A stretch of 64,000 nucleotides of DNA from Candidatus Marsarchaeota archaeon (GCA_023473665.1 JAMCYM010000001.1:52923-116922), one strand, 5' to 3'; counted from the stretch's first letter, positions 43,540 to 52,998 are shown. Program-made: numbers and translations. Notes: generated by a model from the letters alone, not told the origin.

Positions 43540-44297
43540 TGGCTCACCCCAGTATCGTAGACACGCTTCAGCGCATCGCGCTGCAGCGCGCTTATCGTCT
43601 TGCCCGCGTCTATCGCCATCTTGACGGCCTCGTCGAACTGCTCAGCTGTTAGACCTCCGTCCATCTGGAGCAGCAGCAGCTCGTTGTTCCTCGGCGATAT
43701 GGCCATTGGCATGTCAGCGTCAGAATAGTTGTCCTCGATCATGTTGAAGTCAAGCGTGACATGGTCGCCGATGCGCCCCGCGCTGACTGCGTAGACAAGA
43801 TCCTTCATCTTTATGCCCGCGTTGGCGAACGCTACCGATGCGGCGGTGAGCCCCGCAGCGCGGGTTCCGCCGTCGCCCTGCAGTATCTCTATGAATATGT
43901 CGATCTCGCTGCCGGGGAAATCGCTGGTTATCACCACGTTCTCGAAGACCTCCTTTATCACCTTGGAGATCTCGGTCGCGCGCCTGTTCGGGCCGGTCCT
44001 GTTGTGCTCCCCAAGCGACGAGAATGGCGCCATCTGGTACCTGCACTTGATTATCGCTTTGCTCGGATCTGCAAGATGCTTCGGCCTTGCCTCCCTCGGT
44101 CCGAATACGGCCGCGATTATCTTGTTGTTGCCCCATTCAAGGTACGCCGAGCCATCGGCGTTCTTGAGTATGCCTGCCTCTATCCTTATCGGCCTGAGCT
44201 CTCCGAAATCCCTGCCGTCGAGCCTCTTGCCGTTCACTATCAGTTCCGGTTTGTTTAAAGACGATGCCATAGACTCACTTGCTTTGTGCGTTTTCAT
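43536..44297 (-). CDS. rrp41: Exosome complex exonuclease Rrp41 (RNase PH)
   Basis: 253 aa; GKRLDGRDFGELRPI and ILQGDGGTRAAGLTAASVA motifs. Confidence 0.9.
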   Translation of the reverse strand: MKTHKASESMASSLNKPELIVNGKRLDGRDFGELRPIRIEAGILKNADGSAYLEWGNNKIIAAVFGPREARPKHLADPSKAIIKCRYQMAPFSSLGEHNRTGPNRRATEISKVIKEVFENVVITSDFPGSEIDIFIEILQGDGGTRAAGLTAASVAFANAGIKMKDLVYAVSAGRIGDHVTLDFNMIEDNYSDADMPMAISPRNNELLLLQMDGGLTAEQFDEAVKMAIDAGKTISALQRDALKRVYDTGVSQ

Positions 44298-44898
44298 TCA
44301 TTCTTTCGAGCATGCTTTTTATCCTTTCGGTAAGGCCGGTCGTGTGCGCCTCGCGCTCTACGGTCAGCACCGCTGCTGTAGCCGCCGCGACATTGCTCCC
44401 GCGCATCCATACAATCCCGTTTCTGCCGACTATTATATTGCATCCGGTAAGCTCTATTATCTGCGTGATCATAGTGTTGGCCTTGCCTATCAGCCTTGGC
44501 ACCCTAACTGCCTTTATCCGCATGAGCAGTCCAGCCCGCAAGAGCTTGGGCCTCTCGAGAATGGCGAGCCTCTTGTGCTCTACGTCGCGTATCTCAGCTT
44601 CTATCACGTCGCCCACCACATACCTTGCGTTGTCGTACTTGTCCTGTATTAGCAATCCGTCGATTGCCTCATCGAGCGTGATGCCATAAACGCCGTTCCT
44701 GCCTACCCTCTCCACAATGCCTACGACTACGTCGCGGGGCCTTGGCTTCCATCTGCCCTCCAGTTGTATGATGTCATTGTGCGTGCTGTCGTACAGCCCG
44801 ACCACCTCAGAGCGCGTCTTGTAGCCGTCGAAGTAAGTGTTTTCGACTGAAAGCTGCCTGTCCGATATGGCTGTACCCGGTAGCACTATCTCCCGCAT
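44275..44898 (-). CDS. rrp4: Exosome complex RNA-binding subunit Rrp4 (S1 + KH)
   Basis: 207 aa; S1-like PRPRDVVVGIVERV... and a KH region (PRLIGKANTMITQI); precedes rrp41. Confidence 0.8.
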   Translation of the reverse strand: MREIVLPGTAISDRQLSVENTYFDGYKTRSEVVGLYDSTHNDIIQLEGRWKPRPRDVVVGIVERVGRNGVYGITLDEAIDGLLIQDKYDNARYVVGDVIEAEIRDVEHKRLAILERPKLLRAGLLMRIKAVRVPRLIGKANTMITQIIELTGCNIIVGRNGIVWMRGSNVAAATAAVLTVEREAHTTGLTERIKSMLERMNENAQSK

Positions 44899-44907
44899 TA
44901 ATATCGC

Positions 44908-45591
44908 TCAAACTATTTTTATTGCGACCCTTCCCTGCGTCGCGTTGTTCATCTTCTGGTAGAAGTCGTTCTGCAGCCCAGCCGGGAACTCCACCGTCGC
45001 CTGCAGCGATCCGTCGCCCAGCCATTGCTCCGACTTCAGCCCGAACTGCTTGAGTATGCCGTAGCACCTGTTCGAGGCGTCAGCCGGTATTGTTACCTCC
45101 ATCTTCACCACTGCGAACTTTATCGGAACCAGCATGTTTATCTTCTTGACTACCTCATCTATCTGCTCGGTCGCATTCTTGAACGGGTCTATCGATACCC
45201 TCGCTTCTTTCATCGCATTCTCGATCCTGAGCGCGGGCATCGGTGCATTGGTCCTGGGGTCTATCGCGTTCCTTGCTATGGTCTCTACTATCTGCTTGCG
45301 CTTCTCCTCCGCAAACCTGTTCCTCTGCTCGGTAGTTATGGGCACATCGCCCTTCTTGAGTATGTGGTCGACAACGGCCGCAAGGTCGGTTGTGCCGAAC
45401 GCCTTCTTTATCTTGTCCTCGCTCTGGCGTTCGCCCTTCCTTGCGTCCTTGAAGATCTCCTCGGCCTCAAGCACGCTCATCGGATCCTTGCGCTTTCCAG
45501 TTATGTACTCGTACGCGAGGTCAGAATTGACCAGGATCTCGAAATCGTCCTTGTTCGCAGAGAACTTCGCGATTACGGTTTTAGATGGCAT
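44908..45591 (-). CDS. Ribosome maturation protein SBDS/SDO1
   Basis: 227 aa; an N-terminal FYSH-domain pattern (KFSANKDDFEILVNSD ... EIFKDARKG). Confidence 0.85.
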   Translation of the reverse strand: MPSKTVIAKFSANKDDFEILVNSDLAYEYITGKRKDPMSVLEAEEIFKDARKGERQSEDKIKKAFGTTDLAAVVDHILKKGDVPITTEQRNRFAEEKRKQIVETIARNAIDPRTNAPMPALRIENAMKEARVSIDPFKNATEQIDEVVKKINMLVPIKFAVVKMEVTIPADASNRCYGILKQFGLKSEQWLGDGSLQATVEFPAGLQNDFYQKMNNATQGRVAIKIV

Positions 45592-45628
45592 TCAATCACA
45601 CCGCGCCGGTGCGCTGGCGTGCATCGCC

Positions 45629-46324
45629 TCAGAGATAGCCTGTTATTTCCTTCTGAGAGAAGCTGGAATAGCCTTTCTCCTTGGTTAACACTGAAATGTC
45701 GACGTTGTCTGACGTTAGCTTCTTCTCGTTGATCTTCTTTATGATGCCGACGCCCAGGTTTATTGCATCGTTCACTTCCATGTCATCCTTGAACTCCTTG
45801 GCGAGCGTATCTTCAGCTATGCGCTTCCCGGAGCCTATCGCATCGGCCTTGTAGCCAGAGAACGACGCGCCGGGCTCCACCTCGTAGAGGCGCTTTTCTG
45901 TGTCTATGCCGCCTATGAGCAGCGATATGGCGTACGGCCTCAGGCCTCCATATTGCGTGGCCATCTGCATCTCCTCAGATATCTCCCTTGCCACTGCCTC
46001 AACAGATTCCGTTTCGTCATAGACCATCCTGTGCATCTGGGTCTTGTTCCTCATCAGGTTGACGACGTGCAGCCCATCGGACACCAGTCCGCTGTACGTT
46101 GCGCCTATGAACGAGTCTACCTTGAATATCTTCTGCACGGTGCTTGGTATTATGAGAGGTTCGGTTATGTTCTTGTGCGCCACGAACACTATGCCGGTGT
46201 CGGCCACTATGCCTATCGATGTGGCGCCCCTGCGCACAGCCTCCTTTGCGTATTCTACCTGGAAGAGCCTGCCTTCTGGGCTGAACATCACGCCCCTGTC
46301 ATAAGCCTGTATGTTAGGATACAT
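45629..46324 (-). CDS. psmA: Proteasome subunit alpha
   Basis: 231 aa; YDRGVMFSPEGRLFQVEYAKEAV signature. Confidence 0.92.
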   Translation of the reverse strand: MYPNIQAYDRGVMFSPEGRLFQVEYAKEAVRRGATSIGIVADTGIVFVAHKNITEPLIIPSTVQKIFKVDSFIGATYSGLVSDGLHVVNLMRNKTQMHRMVYDETESVEAVAREISEEMQMATQYGGLRPYAISLLIGGIDTEKRLYEVEPGASFSGYKADAIGSGKRIAEDTLAKEFKDDMEVNDAINLGVGIIKKINEKKLTSDNVDISVLTKEKGYSSFSQKEITGYL

Positions 46325-46464
46325 TTTTCCACCAGTTGAACGTCAGATGGCTGCCAGCGCGCCCGCTTCCGGGCAGTGCACACTTATGCAAGGCGCAAAC
46401 ACCTGCAGCAAAAGCACGACCTTCTATTGCGGTATTTATTTGAATAGAACATTTTTAATGCTTG

Positions 46465-46818
46465 TTATTGCCGGGCGGCCGTGCCCGGTGCGCTCTCGCG
46501 CCCGAGGGTCTTGGCGTAGTCCCGCAGCGCCCTGAGCGTGCCCGAGCTCTTCAGCGTGTAGAACGCCATCTCGCTGCCGGCCACGCTCTTCACCATGGCG
46601 AGCGCCGCTACCATGCTTGGCGTTCCCTCAAGGCTCGCCCTCAATATGAACATGTCGCTGCCGACGAATCCTATGACGTGCGGGTTTATGCGGTGGTAGC
46701 CAAGCTGGCCCGCGCAGTCCATCAGGCTTATGTAGAGCCTCTTCTTGAACTCGTCCTGATCGCCGCGCACAGGAGTGCTTGTCTCAACCAGCACGTAGCG
46801 CCTCTTCTCACGCATCAT
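46465..46818 (-). CDS. rnp2: RNase P protein component 2 (Pop5/Rpp14)
   Basis: REKRRYVLVE N-terminus and overall Pop5-like pattern; superoperon position. Confidence 0.7.
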   Translation of the reverse strand: MMREKRRYVLVETSTPVRGDQDEFKKRLYISLMDCAGQLGYHRINPHVIGFVGSDMFILRASLEGTPSMVAALAMVKSVAGSEMAFYTLKSSGTLRALRDYAKTLGRESAPGTAARQ

Positions 46819-47341
46819 CGTCGCCACCAAGTTCACAGTTGACAGCGCTCAGCGCACTGCGCGCCTGCTTCTCGCTGGCGCCTATGAGCTTCGCCAGCTC
46901 CACGAGCTGCATGTATGAGCACATCTGCAATTTCGATGCCGCAAGGCTCACGAAGCCTACGCGCACTCCAGCCTTGGTGGCGTCTTTGAGCATGTTGCCC
47001 ATGAAGTACATGGCCCTTGTGCGCTTGAGCCCGAAGAGCTCGGTTATGGAGCTCATTGGAAACAATAGTATGGTGCCTCGCTCGCGCATCGTGGCGAGGA
47101 GCTTCCCGTCCGCATCGTTGCGCTCCACGACCAGCGCCTTGGCGCCTCCCTTTATCATGTTGGCGAGCCAGCCCATGTCCCTGCCGACAGCCATGAACTT
47201 CCCTTTATGCTGCCCCGATTCGCCGCCCTGGATCGCCATGCCAATGTCATTGCCTTCCTTGAAGACGCGTTTGAAGCCGAGCCTGGCGTCGAATCCGCGA
47301 TCGTAGTCGCACGTCGCCCTGACGAGGTCGTAGTAGTCCAT
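46808..47341 (-). CDS. rnp3: RNase P protein component 3 (Rpp30-like), short
   Basis: 177 aa; YYDL ... GF start and its position between cdc6 and pop5 fit Rpp30. Sequence similarity is weak by eye. Confidence 0.5.
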   Translation of the reverse strand: MDYYDLVRATCDYDRGFDARLGFKRVFKEGNDIGMAIQGGESGQHKGKFMAVGRDMGWLANMIKGGAKALVVERNDADGKLLATMRERGTILLFPMSSITELFGLKRTRAMYFMGNMLKDATKAGVRVGFVSLAASKLQMCSYMQLVELAKLIGASEKQARSALSAVNCELGGDDDA

Positions 47342-47343
47342 GC

Positions 47344-48615
47344 TTACACCTCGGCATTGCCGTTGCCGTCAGCCGGCTGGTCAGATTTGTGCTGCTCACC
47401 CGTACCGAATATGTCCTTCTCGAGCACGCTTCTAGTCTTCTTGCTAGGATAAAGCAGCTTTATGAGCTTGGTGTGGCCGCGTATGCCCTTGCCGGAGTCG
47501 AACGACACTATGAGCCCCTGCATTTCCAACTCTGCTATGTAGTTCCTGTACCAGCGTTCGCTTTTGGGCCCCCTGTGCAGCCCTTCTGCTATCGACTTGT
47601 AGCGGTTGTATACCTCGCCGCTGAACAGGTACGTGTCTACGCCGTCAGTAAGCTTTTTGTAGGAGCCGCCGCTCTCCGCAAGCATCACTATGGAGTAAAG
47701 AACGAGCTTCTGGTGCTCGGGCAGCGACACTATGAGGTCATAAACCACATCGTTCTCTGCGACCTTGACGGCGTGCTCCGCGTTCTCCATGCTCACCTTT
47801 TCGCCGGAGTTCTCTTCTGCCAGCTCCCCTGCCTTGGACAGCACCTTGAGCGAGAACCTAGCGTCGCCTCCCTCCTTGGCAGCCGCCGCTGCGATGTAGT
47901 GCAATATGTCGTCGCTCACCACATTTGGCTTGAAGCCGTCCTTCGCGCGCTCCTTTATTATCGCGTAGATCTCGTTCGAGTAGTAGGGCGAGAACACGAG
48001 CTCCGATTCGTACAGCGTCGACAGGCTCCTCGGGTCAAGGTCCTCCTTGAACGATACCTTGTTTGACACGCCTATTATGGTGACGCCGCCCGCGCGTATG
48101 TCGCTGTTTATCCTTGTCAGCGTGTAAACGAGGTCGTCGAGGTCCTTGACAACGTCTATCTCATCGAGCGCCACTACGAGTATCTTGCTGTCTTCCTCTA
48201 TCCAGTTGGCCAGCTTCTCGTACAGGTCGACGGTTCCGTAGCCGCGCTTGGCGTACGTAGGCATATGGTCGCTTATTATCTTGTTGAGCACCCTGAAGCG
48301 GGTGTTGTATACCCTGCAGTTCACGTAAGAGATGCGCGCGTGCGTGTTAGGTATACCTTCTATCTCGTTTATCACGTACTTAGTGCACGTGGTCTTACCC
48401 GTACCTGTGCGGCCGTAGACGAACAGGTTGCGCCCGCGCTCCCCATTGAGCGACGGCGCCAGCGCCCTCTCTATAGAATTGATCTCCTTCTCTCTGAAAA
48501 CGAGCTTGCGTGGGGTGAAGTGCGGCGATAGCACCTCCCTGTTAGCGAATATTTTTGACTCGACAAGGAGATCGTTGAGCGTCTGCATGAAACCCACCGC
48601 ATTTAATTTGCCCAC
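47344..48615 (-). CDS. cdc6: Orc1/Cdc6 replication initiator
   Basis: 423 aa; Walker A GRTGTGKTT, Walker B LDEID and a C-terminal winged helix. Confidence 0.92.
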   Translation of the reverse strand: MGKLNAVGFMQTLNDLLVESKIFANREVLSPHFTPRKLVFREKEINSIERALAPSLNGERGRNLFVYGRTGTGKTTCTKYVINEIEGIPNTHARISYVNCRVYNTRFRVLNKIISDHMPTYAKRGYGTVDLYEKLANWIEEDSKILVVALDEIDVVKDLDDLVYTLTRINSDIRAGGVTIIGVSNKVSFKEDLDPRSLSTLYESELVFSPYYSNEIYAIIKERAKDGFKPNVVSDDILHYIAAAAAKEGGDARFSLKVLSKAGELAEENSGEKVSMENAEHAVKVAENDVVYDLIVSLPEHQKLVLYSIVMLAESGGSYKKLTDGVDTYLFSGEVYNRYKSIAEGLHRGPKSERWYRNYIAELEMQGLIVSFDSGKGIRGHTKLIKLLYPSKKTRSVLEKDIFGTGEQHKSDQPADGNGNAEV

Positions 48616-48653
48616 GCAGGTTTATAAGTGATGCGCAGGGGCGCGCTGCGCAC

Positions 48654-48959
48654 TCATATAAGCTTGCGGTCCCTGAGCCTTCCGACGTCCATGATGCTGT
48701 ACTTCCACACTATATCGCCGCGCTCGTTGCTCTGCACTACCCATGGCATCACTATCACGACGTCGTTCTCCCTTATCCAGAAGCGCCTCCTCAGCCTTCC
48801 TGGTATGGAGCAGACGCGCTCGTTGCCGTCGCTGCACTGTACAACGAACTTCGACGCGCCAGATATCTTGACGACCTTGCCTAGCACCTGGCCATTTCCC
48901 GGCAGCCTGAGCTCATGCGCCGGCTCTTCGACCCTCGGCCTTCTCCTGTAGAACGACAT
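48654..48959 (-). CDS. eif1a: Translation initiation factor aIF-1A
   Basis: 101 aa; S1-like GKVVKISGASKFVVQCSDGNERVCSIPGRLRRRFWI. Confidence 0.85.
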   Translation of the reverse strand: MSFYRRRPRVEEPAHELRLPGNGQVLGKVVKISGASKFVVQCSDGNERVCSIPGRLRRRFWIRENDVVIVMPWVVQSNERGDIVWKYSIMDVGRLRDRKLI

Positions 48960-48976
48960 TTCAACACCATATCAAT

Positions 48977-49402
48977 TCAATAGTTCTTGACTCCATAGCG
49001 CGCGCCGCACGCCTCGCACACGAGATAGAACATGCCGCGGCTCGCTCCCTCGAGGTGCGTGTCCGGCTTGTGGCACTCCCTGCATATGACGTAAACCTCG
49101 AAGTAGCGCTTCATTCTGGCGTTGAGGTCATCGGTGCTGAACCTGCCGTTCAGCACGAGCCTCTGCTCCTCCATGTTGACCGGCACGCTGAGCTCCTTGC
49201 TCAGGTACCTGCTTATGTCGCCCACGTTCCTGCGGGCCTTGTCCGCTATAGCGGATATGTTCCTTATTATCGTCTTCGCGCCCTGCACTATCGAGTCGAC
49301 GGTAGGTATCACGAAGTCAGAATGCTCGGCGGCCAGGCTCGGCAGTTTCGAAAATGCCCTGTCTAAAAGTGCATTGTACTCTTCGTCGCCCAACCAGAAC
49401 AC
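48977..49402 (-). CDS. eif2b: Translation initiation factor aIF-2 beta subunit
   Basis: 141 aa; YVICRECHKPDT ... LVCEACGA zinc ribbon and conserved core. Confidence 0.85.
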   Translation of the reverse strand: MFWLGDEEYNALLDRAFSKLPSLAAEHSDFVIPTVDSIVQGAKTIIRNISAIADKARRNVGDISRYLSKELSVPVNMEEQRLVLNGRFSTDDLNARMKRYFEVYVICRECHKPDTHLEGASRGMFYLVCEACGARYGVKNY

Positions 49403-49450
49403 CGACGTGCGCAGTGAAAGCGCAGCGTTAGTAGTAATGGCAACGAACCT

Positions 49451-49458
49451 ATTTAAAG
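49451..49458. promoter_or_regulatory. TATA box upstream of the SRP RNA; may also serve divergent aIF-2beta
   Basis: ATTTAAAG 22 nt upstream of the predicted SRP RNA 5' end and about 50 nt from the aIF-2beta ATG on the other strand. Confidence 0.45.
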
Positions 49459-49479
49459 CGTTCCTGCGTTATACTACCC

Positions 49480-49745
49480 GTGGCAGATAGGCTGGGAAGT
49501 TAAGGGTTTCCCATTCGCAAATCCCTTTCAGGCGGGCCAATGCCGGCAGCGTGCCGGAATGCCATTTGAGGCCTGCACCAAGGCGTTGAGGTCTTGCCCT
49601 GGATGATGGCCCAATATGTGAACCAGGCCAGGCCGGAAGGAGCAACCTTAAGCATATTCAGGCCATGCTTCTAGGATACAGGACTGAGTCGAGATGCAAC
49701 CAACCTCATTTGGCATTCATGTGCAACGCCGGCCTCTGCCACACG
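49480..49745 (+). ncRNA. Signal recognition particle RNA (7S RNA)
   Basis: Helix-8 signature GTGAACCAGGCCAGGCCGGAAGGAGCAACC. The 5' GTGGCAGA..GGC pairs with the 3' GCCTCTGCCAC. Ends are approximate. Confidence 0.7.
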
Positions 49746-49791
49746 ATAGCGCTAAAAGCGCAGCGCCACAAAGTAGCGAAATGATTACACT

Positions 49792-49875
49792 GCCGGGGTC
49801 GCCTAGAGGTAGGGCGGCAGCCTGCTAAGCTGTTTGGCTGAAAGGCCTCCGTGGGTCCGATTCCCACCCCCGGCG
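49792..49875 (+). tRNA. tRNA-Ser(GCT)
   Basis: Acceptor GCCGGGG/CCCCGGC, anticodon arm GCAGC-CTGCTAA-GCTGT, long variable arm GGCT-GAAA-GGCC, T arm GTGGG/CCCAC. Confidence 0.85.
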
Positions 49876-49894
49876 TTCTTATGTGCGTGGTTGA

Positions 49895-50680
49895 GTGCTC
49901 TTCGTCGGAATAGATCTTGCGTGGTCGCCAAGGAACAATACGGGCATAGCGCTCATAAAGGGCGACGAGAATGGCGGCAGACTCGCCAGCGCAGGCATAG
50001 GGGTGTCTGATGATTCTCTTGTCGACTATGTGCGCAAGGGCGTCGGCAAGGCAAGCGCGCTTGTGGCCGTCGATGCGCCGCTCATAGTGCGCAACAATTC
50101 CGGCAGGAGGCCAGCCGACACGCTCGTCAGCGAGCTGTTCAGGAAATATGATGCCGGCGCATATCCGGCGAACCGCGCGCGCCTGGGCGCATGGTCAAAT
50201 GGCAAGGTACGCGGCGAGGAGCTTGTCGCAGGCCTCGAACGCATCGGCTTCTCCCACAATCCATATATCAAGCGCTTCGAGCGCACGAGGAAGGTGTTCG
50301 AAGTGTATCCACATCCGGCCATGGTGGTTATATTCGGCTTGGACCACATACTCAGATACAAATCCAAGCCGAACAGGGCTTCTGGGTTCCGCGTCAAGGA
50401 ATTTGCCAAGTATGAAGCGCTGCTCAAGGGCCTCTCAAAGGCGGATCCGCGGCTCGAAGTGGGCGACGGGCTGCTGCTGGGGAGGAAGCTCGGCGGCCTT
50501 AGTCATGTTGCGATGAAGCGCCACGAGGACACGCTTGATGCAGTGTTCTGCGCTTATACTGCCTATTACTATTGGGCGCATCCTGAAAAATGTGCAGTAC
50601 TGGGCGACATGAAAAACGGCTACATAGTAACGCCTGTCAAGGAGTCAATGCGCGGCATGCAGAAAGAGCTATTCCTGTAA
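49895..50680 (+). CDS. DUF429 family protein (predicted RNase H-like fold)
   Basis: 261 aa; N-terminal FVGIDLAWSPRNNTGIA and VAVDAPL are typical of DUF429; GTG start. Confidence 0.6.
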   Translation: MLFVGIDLAWSPRNNTGIALIKGDENGGRLASAGIGVSDDSLVDYVRKGVGKASALVAVDAPLIVRNNSGRRPADTLVSELFRKYDAGAYPANRARLGAWSNGKVRGEELVAGLERIGFSHNPYIKRFERTRKVFEVYPHPAMVVIFGLDHILRYKSKPNRASGFRVKEFAKYEALLKGLSKADPRLEVGDGLLLGRKLGGLSHVAMKRHEDTLDAVFCAYTAYYYWAHPEKCAVLGDMKNGYIVTPVKESMRGMQKELFL

Positions 50681-50706
50681 TTCAGGTAAATAGATGCAGC
50701 GACCTG

Positions 50707-50716
50707 TTTAAAAATA
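50707..50716 (+). promoter_or_regulatory. TATA box of the Cys-rich peptide gene (leaderless arrangement)
   Basis: TTTAAAAATA 21-30 nt upstream of the ATG at 50737. Confidence 0.45.
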
Positions 50717-50736
50717 TCGCAGGTGTCATTCTTGCG

Positions 50737-50904
50737 ATGTTCATGGAACTAAAAGAGGAACAGGCTGAAGCCGACAAGCGCGTATGCCCTGAATGCGGGC
50801 GCGAGATGGTTGTAGTCGACGGCCAGCAATCATGCGGCTGCGGTTCTGCAGAATCTGCAGGATGCGGCTGCGGTGGTGCCTGCGGTTGCGGCGGCCACTG
50901 CTGA
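50737..50904 (+). CDS. 55-aa Cys/Gly-rich peptide (hypothetical; metal-binding candidate)
   Basis: MFMELKEEQAEADKRVCPECGREMVVVDGQQSCGCGSAESAGCGCGGACGCGGHC; 11 Cys, 9 of them in the last 24 residues; has its own TATA. Confidence 0.45.
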   Translation: MFMELKEEQAEADKRVCPECGREMVVVDGQQSCGCGSAESAGCGCGGACGCGGHC

Positions 50905-50907
50905 ACC

Positions 50908-51723
50908 TTACGCTTTTACGGCTGCATCCGCCAGAGCGTCCTTGCAGCTGCATGAGCGCTTCTCCGGCAGGGTCCTGACTATCTCTGTAATCAGCGCCTT
51001 CATCTTGCCCATGCTGGCATTCATCCTTGCGCCCACGTCATTGAAACTTACGGGCCCTATGTCCCTGTTCTCTTCTACTCCGGAATCGTAATCAGTTATT
51101 ACCGATATGCCTAGGAAGCACATGCCCCGCTCCCTCGCCAGCGCTATTTCTGGATACTGCGTCATGTTAACTATGTCGCCGCCTATGCTTCTGAAGAATT
51201 TCGATTCCGCCTTCGTAGAGAAGCGCGGGCCGCTGATGACTATGACCGTGCCTGCATTGTGGTACTTCACGTTGGTGGCATCGCCTGCGGTTATGGCGAA
51301 CTGCCGCATCTCGTCGCAGTAAGGTTTCGCTGTGCTCACGTGCGTCACCGGTTCAGAGCCGCCGTCGAAGAAAGTTTCGTCTCGGCCATGGCTGAGATTG
51401 ATGAACTGGTCGGGGAAGACGAAGTCGCCGGGCATAAAGCTCGCGCGCAGCGAACCCACCGCAGATTCTGATATTATGCGCTCAACACCCAGCTGGCTCA
51501 TGGCCTCGATGTTGGCCCTGTATGGCACCTTGTGCGGCGGAATGGTATGCTTGCTGCCGTGCCTCGGCAGGAACGCCACCTTCCTCCCCGCAAGCTCGCC
51601 TATGGCTATGCTGTCGCTGGGCTTGCCAAACCTTGTTTCCAGTTCCAGCTCTTCGCCGTTGTCGAGCAGCGAGTACAAGCCGGAACCTCCTATGATGCCT
51701 ATCTCGGCTTTCTGCTCCGCCAT
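50908..51723 (-). CDS. mtnP: S-methyl-5'-thioadenosine phosphorylase
   Basis: 271 aa; IGIIGGSGLY N-terminus, FLPRHG, and PNP/MTAP family motifs. Confidence 0.88.
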   Translation of the reverse strand: MAEQKAEIGIIGGSGLYSLLDNGEELELETRFGKPSDSIAIGELAGRKVAFLPRHGSKHTIPPHKVPYRANIEAMSQLGVERIISESAVGSLRASFMPGDFVFPDQFINLSHGRDETFFDGGSEPVTHVSTAKPYCDEMRQFAITAGDATNVKYHNAGTVIVISGPRFSTKAESKFFRSIGGDIVNMTQYPEIALARERGMCFLGISVITDYDSGVEENRDIGPVSFNDVGARMNASMGKMKALITEIVRTLPEKRSCSCKDALADAAVKA

Positions 51724-51732
51724 CTGAATTCC

Positions 51733-52998
51733 TCAGTACCAGCCGCGCGCCTTCATCGCGCTCGCCACCCTGCCTATTGCTATTATGTAGGCTGCGGTCC
51801 TGGGTGTTATCCTGCTGCCTTTTGCCTCATATTCCTTCCTGACAGCCATCGTGTCTGCGAACGACTTGGTTATTATCTTGTCAAGCTTCTGGTACACCTC
51901 GTCTGCGCCCCAGTAATAGCCGCCTATGTTCTGGACCCATTCGAAGTACGAGCCTATCACGCCTCCTGAATTGACCAGGAAATCAGGCAGGTCGAGCACT
52001 CCCTTCTCGTGGAGTATGCTGTCGGCCTCTGGCGTAACCGGACCGTTGGCCAGCTCAAGCACGAGCTTGGCCTTTATCTTGTCGGCGTTGCTCCCGGTTA
52101 CCTGGTTCTCTATCGCGGCCGGTATGAGGATGTCGACGTCGCTCTCAAGGAGCTGCTCGTTTGTCATCTTTGTGCCGCCCTCATAGCCCTGCACGCTGCC
52201 GCTCTCCTTCTTCGCCTTCTCGAGCTTCGCCAGGTCAAGGCCGTTTGCATCATAAATCGCGCCCCTCGAATCGCTTATCGCGACTACGTTGGAGCCAAAG
52301 AGCTTCTTGGACAAGGTGTACGCGAACATGCCTGCGTTGCCGAATCCCTGCACGGCTATTTTTGCCTTTTTCAGGTCTATGCCAAGGTTCTTCGCGGCCT
52401 CGCGCATGACGTACATGCCGCCCATGGCCGTAGAATCGTTCCTGCCTTCAGATCCCCAAACCTCAAGCGGCTTGCCCGTTATTGTGCCGAAGGCGTCATA
52501 CCTGACAATATTGCTGTACTCATCCATCATCCAGGCCATAATCTGCGGCGTCGTATACACGTCTGGCGCCGGTATGTCGACCTGCGGGCCTATGAACTTG
52601 CCGATCGCGCGAATGTAGCCGCGCGAGAGCGCTTCGAGTTCGCGCATGCTCATGCCCTTCGTGTCGCATATTACGCCGCCTTTCGCGCCGCCGTATGGTA
52701 TGTTGGCCAGGCTCGTCTTCCAAGTCATCCATGCAGCGAGCGCCTTGACGGTATCGAGGCTCTCCTGCGGGTGGAATCTTATACCGCCCTTCACTGGCCC
52801 GCGGGCGTCGTTGTACTGCACCCTGAATCCAGTGAACACCTTTGTCTCTCCGCTGTCCATCCTAACTGGTATGTTGACAACAAGTGTGCGCATCGGTTCC
52901 CTGAGTATTGCATGGGCCTGCTCGTCAAGGTCCATAACTTTAGCGGCCTCATCAAGCTGCTGCTGCGCTATCTTGAAAGGATTCAATTCCTCAGCCAT
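51733..52998 (-). CDS. gdhA: Glutamate dehydrogenase
   Basis: 421 aa; [11 protein letters not shown] and PYGGAKGG motifs; GFGNAG dinucleotide-binding site. Confidence 0.92.
   Translation of the reverse strand: MAEELNPFKIAQQQLDEAAKVMDLDEQAHAILREPMRTLVVNIPVRMDSGETKVFTGFRVQYNDARGPVKGGIRFHPQESLDTVKALAAWMTWKTSLANIPYGGAKGGVICDTKGMSMRELEALSRGYIRAIGKFIGPQVDIPAPDVYTTPQIMAWMMDEYSNIVRYDAFGTITGKPLEVWGSEGRNDSTAMGGMYVMREAAKNLGIDLKKAKIAVQGFGNAGMFAYTLSKKLFGSNVVAISDSRGAIYDANGLDLAKLEKAKKESGSVQGYEGGTKMTNEQLLESDVDILIPAAIENQVTGSNADKIKAKLVLELANGPVTPEADSILHEKGVLDLPDFLVNSGGVIGSYFEWVQNIGGYYWGADEVYQKLDKIITKSFADTMAVRKEYEAKGSRITPRTAAYIIAIGRVASAMKARGWY

Noticed and set aside
48616-48653. Intergenic region upstream of cdc6, considered as a replication origin
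   Set aside because: It is only 38 nt long, with no repeated ORB-like elements or AT-rich unwinding stretch. It just holds a TATA-like TTATAA.
50737-50904. The Cys-rich peptide as a TOMM/RiPP precursor with an adjacent biosynthetic cluster
   Set aside because: No YcaO/cyclodehydratase, dehydrogenase, radical-SAM or transporter genes are adjacent. It is kept only as an alternative hypothesis within the finding.
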